Assembly: GCA_030141605.1 (NCBI GenBank)
Contig: JAQGDQ010000316.1
Span: 124,001-188,000, forward strand
Reading direction: 5' to 3'
Origin: Tubiluchus corallicola
Lineage: Eukaryota; Animalia; Priapulida
DNA: 64,000 nt
Made by a program: the position numbers and the translations under genes. This document shows, in pieces, positions 37,050-49,754 of this stretch (its first letter is position 1; each line of letters starts with the position of its first letter). The notes beneath the pieces were generated by a model. That model saw only the letters and a program-made list of their open reading frames with translations. It had not been told where the DNA came from and did not search any database.

Positions 37050-37655
37050 GAATTCACCACTCATAGTTGTTCCCGGGGATAAACTGTGTGAACAATCCAC
37101 CGTTCACAGTTGTTCCCGGGGATAAAATCTGTGAAGAATCCACCGTTCACAGTTGTTCCCGGGGGTAAACTGCTTGAACAATTCACCACTCACAGTTGTT
37201 CCCGGAGATAAACTGTGTGAACAATCCACCGTTCACAGTTGTTCCCGGGGATAAACTGTGTGAACAATCCACCGTTCACAGTTGTTCCCGGGGATAAACT
37301 GTGTGAACAATCCACCATTCACAGTTGTTCCCGGAGATAAACTGCGCGTACAATTCACCACTCACAGTTGTTCCCGGAGATAAACTGTGTGAACAATCCA
37401 CCGTTCACAGTTGTTCCCGGGGATAAACTCTGTGAAGAATCCACCGTTCACAGTTGTTCCCGGGGGTAAACTGCTTGAACAATTCACCACTCACAGTTGT
37501 TCCCGGAGATAAACTGTGTGAACAATCCACCGTTCACAGTTGTTCTTGGGGATAAACTGTGTGAACAATCCACCGTTCACAGTTGTTCCCGGAGATAAAC
37601 TGTGTGAACAATCCACCGTTCACAGTTGTTCCAGGGGATAAACTGCGTGAACAAA
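37050..37655. repeat. 43-bp minisatellite (~14 copies) with an internal palindrome
   Basis: Unit ccaccgttcacagttgttcccggggataaactgtgtgaacaat. Confidence 0.95.
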
Positions 37656-37837
37656 TTCCTTAACTTTTATATTCTAATAACGCGTTGGAATGCTTTAACC
37701 GAAGTGAATTTCATTGTAATAATTCGAATATATTGTTTAAAGTTAGAAGTGGAATAACAGTCTTCGAGAATGCTTTGTTTTAGAACTGTTCTTAAAAATT
37801 TAAACACCGTTATGTATTATGCAGTAAAAATTTCGCA

Positions 37838-40800
37838 ATGATTGTTTTTGTCTGGTGCGCTGTTTGGCTCTTCTTGTGCCCATACTTCAATGGTATGTAA
37901 ACATATTCACTGCCTACATTCTTACTAAATTAAAAAGAGGTTTTGTGATATTAGACTCTCTATTACTTGTAGAATAATTTCATGGAATTTATTGTTGATT
38001 GTTTATTTTATGCCTTTTCAAGGACCTCTCAGAAATATTTATATGGTCACTTTTCTTCAGTTTGGTCACCAACAACGAATTAATCTTAACTTTATGCACA
38101 GTGGTATCGCGATAATTTGACATTAATTTTAAATCTCATGACCAAACTTAGATTGTGCTGTAAATTTGCCAACACTTTATTAACTATACATGTATTTACC
38201 ATGCTGAGTATTAACATACATATTAAGAGGTTCACATATTAACATGTGCTTTTGTTGTACAATTTGACTATAGCTGTCAGTCCAGTAGCTGCAATACTAA
38301 ATACATAGAAAAATATTTGCAGTCTTTCTTGCAAAGCATGCACCAATTATAGAGTTTGTTGAAGTCATACCTTAATGTCGAACTACAATAAATATATACA
38401 ACAAAATACATCAAACGTGGGTCTACAGTAAATATATACAGTAGGATACAATAATTGTAGGTCCACAGTAAACATATACACCTAAATTCAGCAAATATAA
38501 GGATGCACCATTTATAGCATCTTTTAAAGTCATATCCAAATATAGGCCTACGTTTTATATACCGCAAAATAGATGCCAGTCTACGGTGAATAGATTCAGC
38601 AAAATAGAAAAAGTGTAGGTCTACAGTAGATGTTTATATTTAAAGTAAATAGGTACAGAAATTTAGGTTTAGCAGTAAATATAGTCAGCAAATGTCTGTA
38701 CATATATTCTGTACAAGCTATCATTCTATGGAGTTAAGGATTGCCCTTTCATGGTTATACTTAATGAATCGATTAAGTTTGATCAGTTAAGAAATTTAGG
38801 TGTTTTATAGAGCAAGTAGCTGAAAAAATTTTCTAGGAGTCATTTTACATGAACACTCGAAATCAGGAATTCCTATATATTAACTTGGTCAGTACGAAGA
38901 TCGCAAAAAATGTTGGAATTGTTAGTCATCCATCCCATCAGCTCCAAATACCACAATATAACTCATTTATCTTGCTATATTTAATTTATGCAAATATTCT
39001 ACGGGGCTCAACTTCTCCAGCTAATTTGAAAAACGTGGAGGACTACAAAGAAAATTTCTTTGTGATGTTCATAAACTACTAAACACAGTCTAAATAGTAG
39101 CCTCTAAAACTCGTTACATTAGAAGTGAAAGTTTTAGGTTAGAGGATCTGTTGTATGAACTGTAAATTTCTATATATGAAAGACTCATTTCAAGTTATTT
39201 CCAAACTTTTTCAGTAATCCAACTGAATTTGAAAGAAGATGGCGTAACACTATGTGCTGCAAATACACCATTAATTTTGCAAGAACTAATGTTCATATGC
39301 ACTTTATCATCCCTGTCAATGGCCTATAATTTGAATAAACTACCTAAATGCACTAAAACATCTGTGTCAATTTATAAACTAAAGAAAAATCTTACATAAT
39401 ACATGCTTGCCACAAATTCCAAAAGATGATCACTTTGAATGCATGGACGTTTTAATATATATACAAATATTACTTCACAGTATGTACATTCGAATAATCA
39501 CTACTGCCGATCATTTCATCCCTATAAAGCTATATAACATAATTAGCAATCAATTTTACCTCTTTATGTTTTTATTTTATTATAATTTTGGCTGTATATG
39601 TGCTTTGGAAATATTATTGTGATTCAATCAATGTCATAACATCACCGTACTAATATTTGTCATTCACTATCATACTGAATTTCTGCCCTTTTGCATTCTG
39701 TTCTTATCCTGGAGAGAAAGTGAGTGAATGAGTGAATGAGAGGGAGAGGAGAGAAGGAGAGAGAGAAGAAGGTAGTGAATGAGAAACAGAGAAAGTTGGA
39801 GGTTGTTTTATGCACTCCCTTCAAATTTATCATTAATCTGGGCAACAGCAAAGCAAGATTTTCGCCTTGCCCTGTCCAGGTGCATAATAGTAGTATCAGT
39901 AAAAATTTATATATAATCTTTTCTGTGTCAAAATTTGGGTTAATTTAATGCTTTATGTGTAAGTTATATTTGTAAGTTAGTATGCTCAGTAAATCTGGTA
40001 ATAAAATCTAATTCTAATCCCAATATCACATAATGTGTGCACAGCCAGTCTGCAAAGATTGGAGATCACCACGTAAACTACTGTATTTGTCTTTTATGGT
40101 TTGCGTTTTGATTTCGACAATTCTTGCTGCATCATCTTCGTGGCTGCCGCTTGCTAAATGTTTTCGTGCAGGAGTTTCGTCCATAGAAAATATTGTGAAA
40201 CAACCAGAAGACACTGAGATTCCTCAAGGCACGGACGGACTGGTCGCATGTCTACTTAATCCTGCTTACAAAATTCAGGTAAATCTATTTCACATATTTT
40301 TCACCTGAGTAATAGGTGATAGATTGTGTACTTAATCCTCTTTACTGGGTCGAGGTAAATCTATTTCACATATTTTGCACCTGACTAATAGGTGACAGAT
40401 TATGTAGTCATCAGTTAGATAGGTGATAGTCAATCAACTGCCTTAGTCGTGAAAAACGAAACCTCATCAAAATATGAAGAGGCAGTAAAAGAAATTACAA
40501 ATCTAGAAAACTAATTAACTGTTTACCCAAAACTAGAAAACTGTTAGCCAATGTTTTACAGCAAAGCTCAGTCCACCTGCTGTAAGAATTTATGAGATCA
40601 AGAATTAAAATGGTAGTAGGCCTAATACCAAAAAGACTCATTTTAACGGTGCAAAAGTATCAAAATACACTCCAACCAGAACACAAAAAGCTTACAGCTA
40701 GAGAAAAGTCGTCGGCATATCAGATTTGCAAGCAACGTCACAATTGCTAAACAAGGTTAGTGGACGTGGAGTTCTTCCAATAGACTGGGTTGAGGTCTTT

Positions 40801-43800
40801 CTGCTGCTATTTTTGCGGAGTTGCGTAGTTTTAGTTTGCTGCCAATAACAATGACAAAACGTGATGAGCAAATTAAAGGCACAGAGTAATTTTGCTACAA
40901 AAGGGCATATAGCTAATTCAGTTTCGTAATTCAGCACTGTATAAGACTAAACCTAGCTTTTTGCAAAAATTTTAAGTTCGCGAGAATTGTTTGTTGCTTC
41001 TGCTATTGCTTATCATATCACAAAGAGCAAACGTTACTGAGCGTTCTTTTTTGCAATTCTTCCATTATGCATAGGATCTAGACCGTTTTAAGTGATCTGT
41101 CTAATTCGCCTCCAGAACCACAGCCACAATGTCATTAGCAATAAGAGGAGTGTGGGGGAATTAAAATCCACAACAATGTCTTTAATCTTGCTAGCAAGAA
41201 CTTTTCTCTGTTTATTTTGTTTATTGATATCGGCGTAGTGCAATTAGTACGAAAAATTACGAAACTAGAAAATAAGCAAACTACAATGCAAATAGAAATA
41301 CATGTTGTGCAGTATTTGCTGCTGCTGGCAAGCAGGCTTAGATGGTCTCCATTGGTGCTCCTAATTTTTCCATATTTTTTGCTTTCCGTGAAAAACAAAA
41401 ATGATTGGAAGGTGTTTACAATTCCACACTGAATTTAAGTACCCTAACCCTATTCCTAACTCAAATGCTAACCCATACCCTAACCCTAACCTTAACCCTA
41501 TCCATGAACCTAATCCTGACTCTACCCAAGCCCAACCCTAAGCATAATCCTCATCCTATACCCAACCGTAATCCTAATCGTAACCTTTACCCTAAACCTC
41601 TCTAAGCCAAACCCTAATCCTAGCCCTAACCCTAAACCGCTTCTTGAACTAATTTTTTGTGTGAGGAAGATGTCAACTTCAGCCTAAAAATTCAGCAGTG
41701 TTGTCTGTAATGATTAATTATAATGGTTAATTAAGGTTTGGAAAGTTACATGGTTTAAGAATGGCAAACCCTTTGTACCCAATTCTGACCTGAATCCAAG
41801 GTACAGACAACATCATAGAGGCAACAACTGTTCGTTGGTAATAAAGGATGCCCGCTTTGAGGAGGACAATGCCGATTTCTACATTCAACTTTATTATCGA
41901 CCCATTACACAGAAAGGCATCTGGCAATCAAATGTGGCACGTGTGTTGGTACCAGGTAAACAATTTTAGAGCTGTTAATTTGTGAGCGAGCAGAAGTTCA
42001 CAAAAACATTAGATTGCTCCAGACCTTTCAGTTAGTAATAATTGCTCTGAAGCAATTATTGTTTGAAGCTAACCCGGGGTTATAAACGTATTTCGATGCG
42101 TGTACTCCATATTTAGTAATTTGTGTCACATTCAGGTTAAGAAGCAAGTGTGAAAGCCTTTGCAAGTTCTCGCTGAAGTTATTGCAAACATGGCGAAAGT
42201 TGTTGAGAGTTCTTACGGCCTTGCAAATCCGTTCTCACTTGCAAGTTTAGTCTCAAAGAGAATTTGCGAAAAAAACTCGCTAGTCTGAGCGCACTAATGG
42301 TTTTCTACATGTCTTAAACATTAATATTGTGCAATTTTAAAATTGTTTTCTTGCTACAAATGTATTGTTAAAACTTTTCATAGACTCAACTGCATTCATA
42401 ATAATTAATATGACTACAGGATTAGCAATATGCAACAAAACTTAATAAGATTACAGCCGAGGTTGCACTGCTCACGCACCTTCTCATGTTTGAACATTAA
42501 TAAATATTTCTAATAACGAACTGTATTAATTCTCTGCTTTAAGACTTTATTGTATACCAAAGGAATAAACAACTTGTAACCAATATATACGAGGTTTATT
42601 TTCTTTATTAGGCTTTAAAGAAATCAAAATGATGGTAAACGATGAAGAAGTACCTATCGACGTTCTTGTTTTACCTGCTGGTCAGCATACACTTGTGTGT
42701 GAAATTACAAAATGCCGTCCTCGACCAGTCGTGCATTGGAAAATTGGTAGGACTTCCAGAAAGCTATTCTACGAGACTTATTTACTGCAGCTTTGTAGTC
42801 GGTTTTGGTTTATCTCATTTTTGTTTTTTCCATTACTTTTTTATTTTGTTGAGCAATATTAATGCTAAGCACTCAGTAAGCTTATTTGAATGTGTAAACA
42901 TTCCATCAGCATCTACCAAAAATGAATATTAGAATTTTGAATAAGACGGCCAGTTGCATGTTAGAAAATTGTTGGGACTTGTAGAAAGCTTTTCTACGAG
43001 ATTTATTTATCATTGTGGCTTGTAAGCTGGTTTGGGTTTTTGTTACTTTTGTTAATTAATTAATAAGGGTTTAACTACTACTAAAAATGGTAAACATACT
43101 ACTAGACAAGGTCAAACTAAGTACGCAAACACATTTTAAATTCAGAAATGTTATTCTGTTTGACAGAATGATAGTACTTTAAGTCCTCACTTAACGACTC
43201 CCCGTTTAGCGACGTTTCATTTTAACGACACTGAACATTTGACACCTTTTTCTCTCTTAACAACACACCGTTTCGTTTTAACGACGATCTTTTACTTTGC
43301 TCAGAACCATCTTTTATTTGATCTATAACTTTTTTATCTAATTTGAAGCAATAAAATGGTACATAGTACATTATTCTCTTCTAAAAATGCATTAGTAACT
43401 TAAATAGTGCAATCATTACAATGTTTTTGCTTCCTTATTGCTTTTGCTGATTTACTCCTACTAAATTATAGGGGTTTGTGTTAAGCGGCAGTTGAGTCCA
43501 AACTTTATGCCAAAGAATTCTGCGTGTAACCTGTTGCTATAGAAAAAAGATTAATAGTACATGAGATTACCTCAAGGCCACTCCATGCAGAGCTTGGTTA
43601 GCAAGCAGTAGTTACACGGGAGGAGATTTCGCCAGCGTAAATGAAACGTCATTAAACGAACCTGAAAGTTCCATAGCAAGAACTATAAGTGAGTTGAGAT
43701 ACGTTTCAGAACCAAAAATCAATGCATCAGTGTTACTCATATCATATAAATTGAACGTTTTACGAGAAATATAGATAAACTGATAGATGATATAACGAAC

Positions 43801-45956
43801 ACTGGTGCATTAATTTTTGGTTCTGAAACGTATCTCAGTTCACTTATAGTACTTGCTATGGAAGTTTCGGGTTTGTTTACTGACGTTTCGTCTATGTCAC
43901 GTTTTGTTGGAATGCATTAGCTTTGTAATGCGAGGAATTACTTTACTTATTCATTGATTTTGCGGATTTTGGCTTTTATAGCTGCATTGTAGCAACAAGT
44001 TTGTTTTCACCAGTTTACATTAACCAATATGAAATTAAGCAGATGTTAGAAGACAAAGTTGTATTAGTAATTTTTAAGTATAACATATACCTAAGCTCTT
44101 ACCTACTTAATGTGCCCATAGAGTGCCCGTTTAGTGAATAGCTCACAAGTTGTTTGATGTTTTCTACTTTTATCTATCTAGCTTTACTTGAAACAACATG
44201 ACTATATTGTTGGCGTCTTTTTACTCTTGTTGTAGATTGGGATTGAGTTTGGGATAAATTTACACTGTAATTTCTTTAGGTGAAAAAGATCTTACCCATT
44301 TAGCAAATAATCATTATGATGAAGTTATGAGAATACCAATGTTTGATTTTGTAAGTACACTGCAATATACGTATAAAGCAGAAGACAGCGGAAAAGAAGT
44401 TTTTTGCGAAATGTTTCTCCACGAAGAAGAAACGCCATACGTAAAAAGGAAGTTAGATATTCTGTGTAAGTTTTTTTTTACTAAAGCAGAAACGTGTTTT
44501 GTTTTTCGTTTTTAATCCTAATTAGGTAGTGAAAGTATATGAAACGAACTACCAATGATAAGATGAAAAATATAACAATAATTTATTTCTCACATATTTA
44601 CGAAAAAAGCGTAGTGTAAAATGCTTGCTGATAACAATGGTTCTGTGTATGTGAGGGTACTTTAATGATTATAAACAGTTTCGGTGAAGCCACACTTCTC
44701 CTAAGTTCATGAAGTATAACAGATGTGCATGATGTGTCGTACAAAATTACAGTTATTAAAAATAGTTTATTTTTTGTAAGAAATTTGCCAAATAAAATAA
44801 TTGAACATCAAAAGTATGCTAGGCATGACATTGAAACGTAGTAGGTGAACGTAAGTAAGTAAAAGAGATCGTTAGTGATAATAATAATGGTAGTTCTGCT
44901 GGATGGTAAAATAGGTTGTGCAGCTAACACTTGTAATGATAGCAATAGAAATCGTGATTGTTATAATTATAGACACACTAATGTAAAACGATAAGTGTTT
45001 ACAGTGGTACTAGCCGAGGAGTAGAAACAATAGAAGGAATAGTAGTATTCGTCTCTCTGTTTACAGATATGAATGAGAATTCGATGCAAATAGTCATTGT
45101 GGATGGAACATTTGATAAATATGCTGACAGAAACGATTTTGACTTGGAATGTCAAGTGGATGCAAATCCTGAGCCTACATTCTTGTGGACGCTTCCCAAT
45201 CTTACCGAAATCGTTGGCAAACGTCTTAAAATTGAAAAAGCCCGTCATGAAAGAATGCCAGTCATCTGCACAGCTAGAAATGACATCAACAGTGCAACTG
45301 TCCAGAAAACTATAAAGGATTTGGACATTAGCAGATCAACACCCGTACCAGATGATTGGCCCACTACTAAAAGTAAGTTCAATACTTCGCTACCGAACCC
45401 ACTGTGCCCCCACAGACCCTTAATGTTTATTTAAGATTAAGATTGTTCATTTATCTCCTTTAAGTTTTACAGTACATGATGGACATAGTAATAATTTTCA
45501 CTATTAGAAATTTGCAAACTAATAGGTATTTGTTAGTAGGCTACTTGGTGTTAAAAAGAAAGCTTAATTGGAGAAAGGGTAGCAAAAGGCCATACGGTCA
45601 ACGAAATGAGACTGATTTGATTAAAATTTAATTAATGGCATAATTCTCTCTTATATCTTTTGGCTAATATACTGAGGATACCAGAGTTTTTGATATAAGA
45701 TGGTAACGAGTTCCACAGTTTCACAACGTGGTATTGTTATATATATTGACCCAGTGATGTATCAAAATATTTAACATAGAACAAATTACTTGCAACTGAC
45801 CAATGTGTATATTATATACATAATACATAATGTGTGTAAGATATGTATATAATGCGTGTAGAATATTAGAAACGGTAAAATAATTTACATACAGGTCAGA
45901 CAATTATTTAGGTATTTGTTGTTCAAATTTATACATAAGTTTAGCAAGTTCTAATT

Positions 45957-46019
<63 letters not shown>

Positions 46020-49000
46020 GTCTTTACCACATGTTTTTACTGGAGTTGATGGTAATTATAAGTTTGTGAGTATGGTAGGTTTCGCACTGCATAAATCATA
46101 ATAATTACTATTGCTTAATTTGCTTTCGGACAAATTTTCTTATTTGATTAGTGAAATCATAATGTCAACAAACTAACAAAAATTGTTTATGGTGACGTCT
46201 AAAGCACATCATCAATACTTTGATGTTATGAACTCCGCGAGAAAAAATATTCGTGGGGGCTCCAAACTTCTCTGCAAGATTTAATTAGATACATAATTCT
46301 GTACTTACACCCTTGTATAAATTGGTTGAACAAAAGCATCAAATGCGTTTTTTATTATTCACAATACTTACATTTTAATCACTCTCATATTTTTCTGTAT
46401 ATAATATGGCCTTGTGATTTGTTATTAGTTTCTCCACTCGTTTCGTAATACATTCCTTCAAATTTTGGCATTTTTCAGAAAAGTGAGCCTCCTCATATCA
46501 CATCTGGTTGATGTATTCTATCAGCTTGTGAATGGTGGTACAGTTGGCCTCTCTTTGCTGTCGCAACTTGGCAATTAGCCACAAGTTTTCAATTGGGTTT
46601 AAATCAGCTCCAGTAACCTTTAATTTTCTGATTTTTCCAAGAAACTCCTGGCGTTTTCCCGCAAGGAACAGCAGGGAATGTCTTTTGCATCCCTGGCATC
46701 CTTTTTGTCAGAACTCCAATATACTGCTGCACTCGCAATATGCAAATTAGGTCATTTTATGTCAAAAATACTGTTTGGGGGATTTTAATAATTTAATTTT
46801 GAATATTAGCACAGATTGCACAGTCAAGTCCTAATATCACTGAACAAGGTCGCACAGAAAGTGAAAGGCAAGTGGCACAACAAATGTGGATAGATGGACT
46901 GTACAACGATTGCACTCTTAAGAAAATATCATTTTGTCGCATGCCTATTGTGCAACAGAGAATTGCATCTTGGTTGGATCTTGGAATAAAGCATTCCAGT
47001 CCAGGAAAGGTAGTTTCTGGAAAGTTCAGTTCTACTTTAAGCAAACAAGATATTTCAACGAAAAAGTGTTACAACGTAGTACTGAGGATAAAAGACGTGC
47101 AGCCATCAGATCTCAAAGATTATGTGCTAACTGCTGATACAACAGAAGGAACGGTTAAATACGTGATATCAGTACAAAGTATGTAACTAACATGTTATTA
47201 TCTTGTTTATCATAATATTTAGTCACCTCATCTTTTGATCATGGTAAACAAGACAAAAAAACAAATGTACATCATACATCATACATATGCGGTATGGGGT
47301 ATTGTACGGTTTGATCTTATTTGATATTCTTTCCCACCATAATTACAAACCCATTTCACACCTTAATTCGTGGTGTCAGATGCTGCATGAGCTTTGAACT
47401 GGGTTTTTCCGATAAAAGCAATTAATGCTTTTGTTTTTGTAAATCTATTCGATGGGGAAAAGAAATTTAAGTTTGAAAATGTAAAGTGATGCTATAAGGA
47501 AATAACAAAAAATTGTAATACTATAAATTTACAAGCATAAGATATTAACGTAAAAAGGAAAGTTGCTGTTTGGAGTTATAATACTTTATTGTGAGAATTA
47601 TCCTAATTGTACCTCAGCCATTCCAGCTGGTGACCAAGTAGGGCGGATCTAGGTGGTGGATCTAGGTGGTGGATCTAGGTGGTGGATCTAGGTGGTGGAT
47701 CTAGTTGGCGGATCTAGGTGGCGGATCTAGATTAATGCTGAAATCCAGTGAAATAGATGGATTTGTCTAGTCAATGAATTTGATTATAGCTGTTCACGAG
47801 TCATTACTTTTCCTTAGAGAAACATGTTATACAATAATAGAATGTTGATCTTTCAGTCATGTTTTTCAAAAGGTCCCCCAGTTGTGAGCACAGATGCCAA
47901 GACAGTGTTCAAGGTAGAAATGCTATCCAGCCTAGATATAAAGTTCAGTTTCTGTTGCCGACCAGAGTACAAGAAGGCTAGTTGGAGTTGGGGTACAGAA
48001 GAAGCCAGTAGCCTCCATCTGTCTCCTTCAGAAGCAGCTGTCAGCAGTGGACGCCGTATAACTGCCAGGATTGAGAGTCGGCCAAATGACAATTGTTACA
48101 GCACGATGTTGAAGATTAGTCCTGTAGGACAAAAGAATTTTCGAAACTATCTGTTCACCGTTAACAATGGAGGAACAGAAGTGAGCTTTGGCGTAGCTGT
48201 TGGTAAGTTTTTCTGGTGCAAAATCCGTTTCTTTCTAATCTACCGATTCTAACATCAGAAGTGGCAAAAATGCTTTTTGGGGCACTTGACGTCTAGGTAT
48301 GTCTAGGGGATGCTATCCATAAAGTGGAAGAATCGGAATGTGTTTTGAATTTAGCTAAAACTCGTGCACTGTACATGGTATGTTCTGGTCTTACCGTAAC
48401 TTGTTGGCCCATTGGACATTCTATAGCGACAACGGCTCTAATGTTTGTGAAGTTTCTTTGCTATAATATTCTGTTCAAAAATTGCATCATTCACTTCATT
48501 GCAAGTTTTGGTCATTGTTTCTTTTCACTTTGCATTATTACCAACCTTCTAAAGGTGATTTATTTTTACCATTTGGACCTTTCAGTCTTTGGAGTTGTTT
48601 TCTGGTGAGATTAAGCTGTGTTGTACTCTTGTTCCTTCTACAGAGATTTTAGGTCAAAATGTAAAGCACATAACTTAAGTAAGAGATACAGTGATAAGCA
48701 GTCCATATAAGTGGGACAGAAATTGTGAAATGTGTACTTAGAAACAAAATAATTTTAATTATTTAAAATCCCGAAGGAGGTGTCATTATCAGATGACGAT
48801 AATAAAGTTTTTTTAGAATCAATATCTAGTTATCAGCATCCCGACAATGGGGTTGAAATAGTTATAACGTTTTCAAAATGCTCTTCACACGTCTCGTGTC
48901 GTTCATAAATTTCTAAACCTTTTGTTAATTAGTACTTTAATGACATGATGAAACTTGTTGTACTCTGTTAAGTTGTGGTAACTTGTGGTAAACCTCAATT

Positions 49001-49754
49001 TTTGGAGCTTTTTGTAAGTGTGATATACTTAAGTAGAGCAAGTCCAATTTCTTGTTTCAGTTAAATCTTACACATGGTTTGTGCTGGGAATTGGAATTGC
49101 AATTGTTTTGATCATTGTTGCAGCTGTAGTTTACTCACGCGTGTCACGTTTGAGACGTAAGTAGATCACAAACTATTTAGACTTCCATTTCCGCTAGACA
49201 CATTGTAGCCTAAACCAATCTTAACAGACAGCAGAACATTTAACCATAGAAAAATAAAACATTTTTATGGTTAATTTATGTTTTGCTTGGATCGTCAAAT
49301 AGTGCCTTACTTCCTTTTTAATGTACAACAATTGCCCATGACTGTTATTTACTTGGACATTTATTAAATAAGAAATTGTACACAATTATATTGTGTGGTA
49401 TATGTATATTTTGTGGTGTATTAGGTATATTGTGAGCTTGTATATAAGTATATTTAAAAATGAGAGGATGATTAGCGGATTTTGAGTTCTGCAACGACAA
49501 CTGAATGGGTATGAGACAGCAAGGATGTCATACTGACGTCATATTTTAGCAAAGGTTGCGGCTATCACTACATTTGACTTTTTTCGAATGTTGCAGGTAG
49601 CCGTCCTCGCTCTGAACAAAACGCATCTAGGATCAGTTCATCAGGGGAAAAAAGTACGAGTAGTGTAATCTGTGTAAGCGTCAAAAGCATAGCCACAGAG
49701 GATCCAGAGACAGGACCAGAGGTGTCCGATACAGCCCTAGATGACTCGCAGTAA
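37838..49754 (+). CDS. Fasciclin-3-like Ig-superfamily type I membrane protein, 5 Ig domains, ~653 aa
   Basis: Phase-consistent exons: 37838-37892 (signal MIVFVWCAVWLFLCPYFNG), 40172-40278 and 41736-41955 (Ig1, WFKNG..SLVIKDARFEED), 42612-42746 and 44280-44465 (Ig2, CEITKCRPRPVVHW..DSGKEVFC), 45067-45372 (Ig3, CQVDANPEPTFLW..CTARN), 46810-47178 (Ig4), 47873-48202 (Ig5, FCCRP..WSWG..DNCYSTMLKI..RNYLFTVNN), 49061-49156 (TM WFVLGIGIAIVLIIVAAVVY-SR), 49597-49754 (acidic tail). Total 1962 nt, in frame. AATAAA lies at ~49919. Confidence 0.85.
41440..41637. repeat. Degenerate (CCCTAA)n-like tract in an intron
   Basis: Imperfect cctaac/ccctaa hexamers. Confidence 0.7.
43175..43945. mobile_element. 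Decayed pogo/Tigger-like MITE containing a nested ~100-bp inverted repeat
   Basis: Ends agtcctcacttaacg... / ...gtaatgcgaggaattac. Nested IR arms lie at ~43636-43734 and ~43798-43896. Confidence 0.5.
45961..46016. repeat. (CA)n microsatellite
   Basis: Direct observation. Confidence 0.95.
47641..47730. repeat. 13-bp tandem repeat (ggatctaggtggt), ~7 copies
   Basis: Direct observation. Confidence 0.9.

Noticed and set aside
40033-40171. In-frame upstream extension as the Ig signal peptide
   Set aside because: A good acceptor at 40171 and a phase-matched signal exon at 37838-37892 explain the N-terminus better.
41440-41637. Telomere or chromosome-fusion site
   Set aside because: The tract is short, highly degenerate and inside an intron of an intact gene.
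47371-47385. TGGTGTCAGA, resembling a tRNA-Leu PBS
   Set aside because: The match is only 10 nt, with no adjacent LTR end or internal domain.
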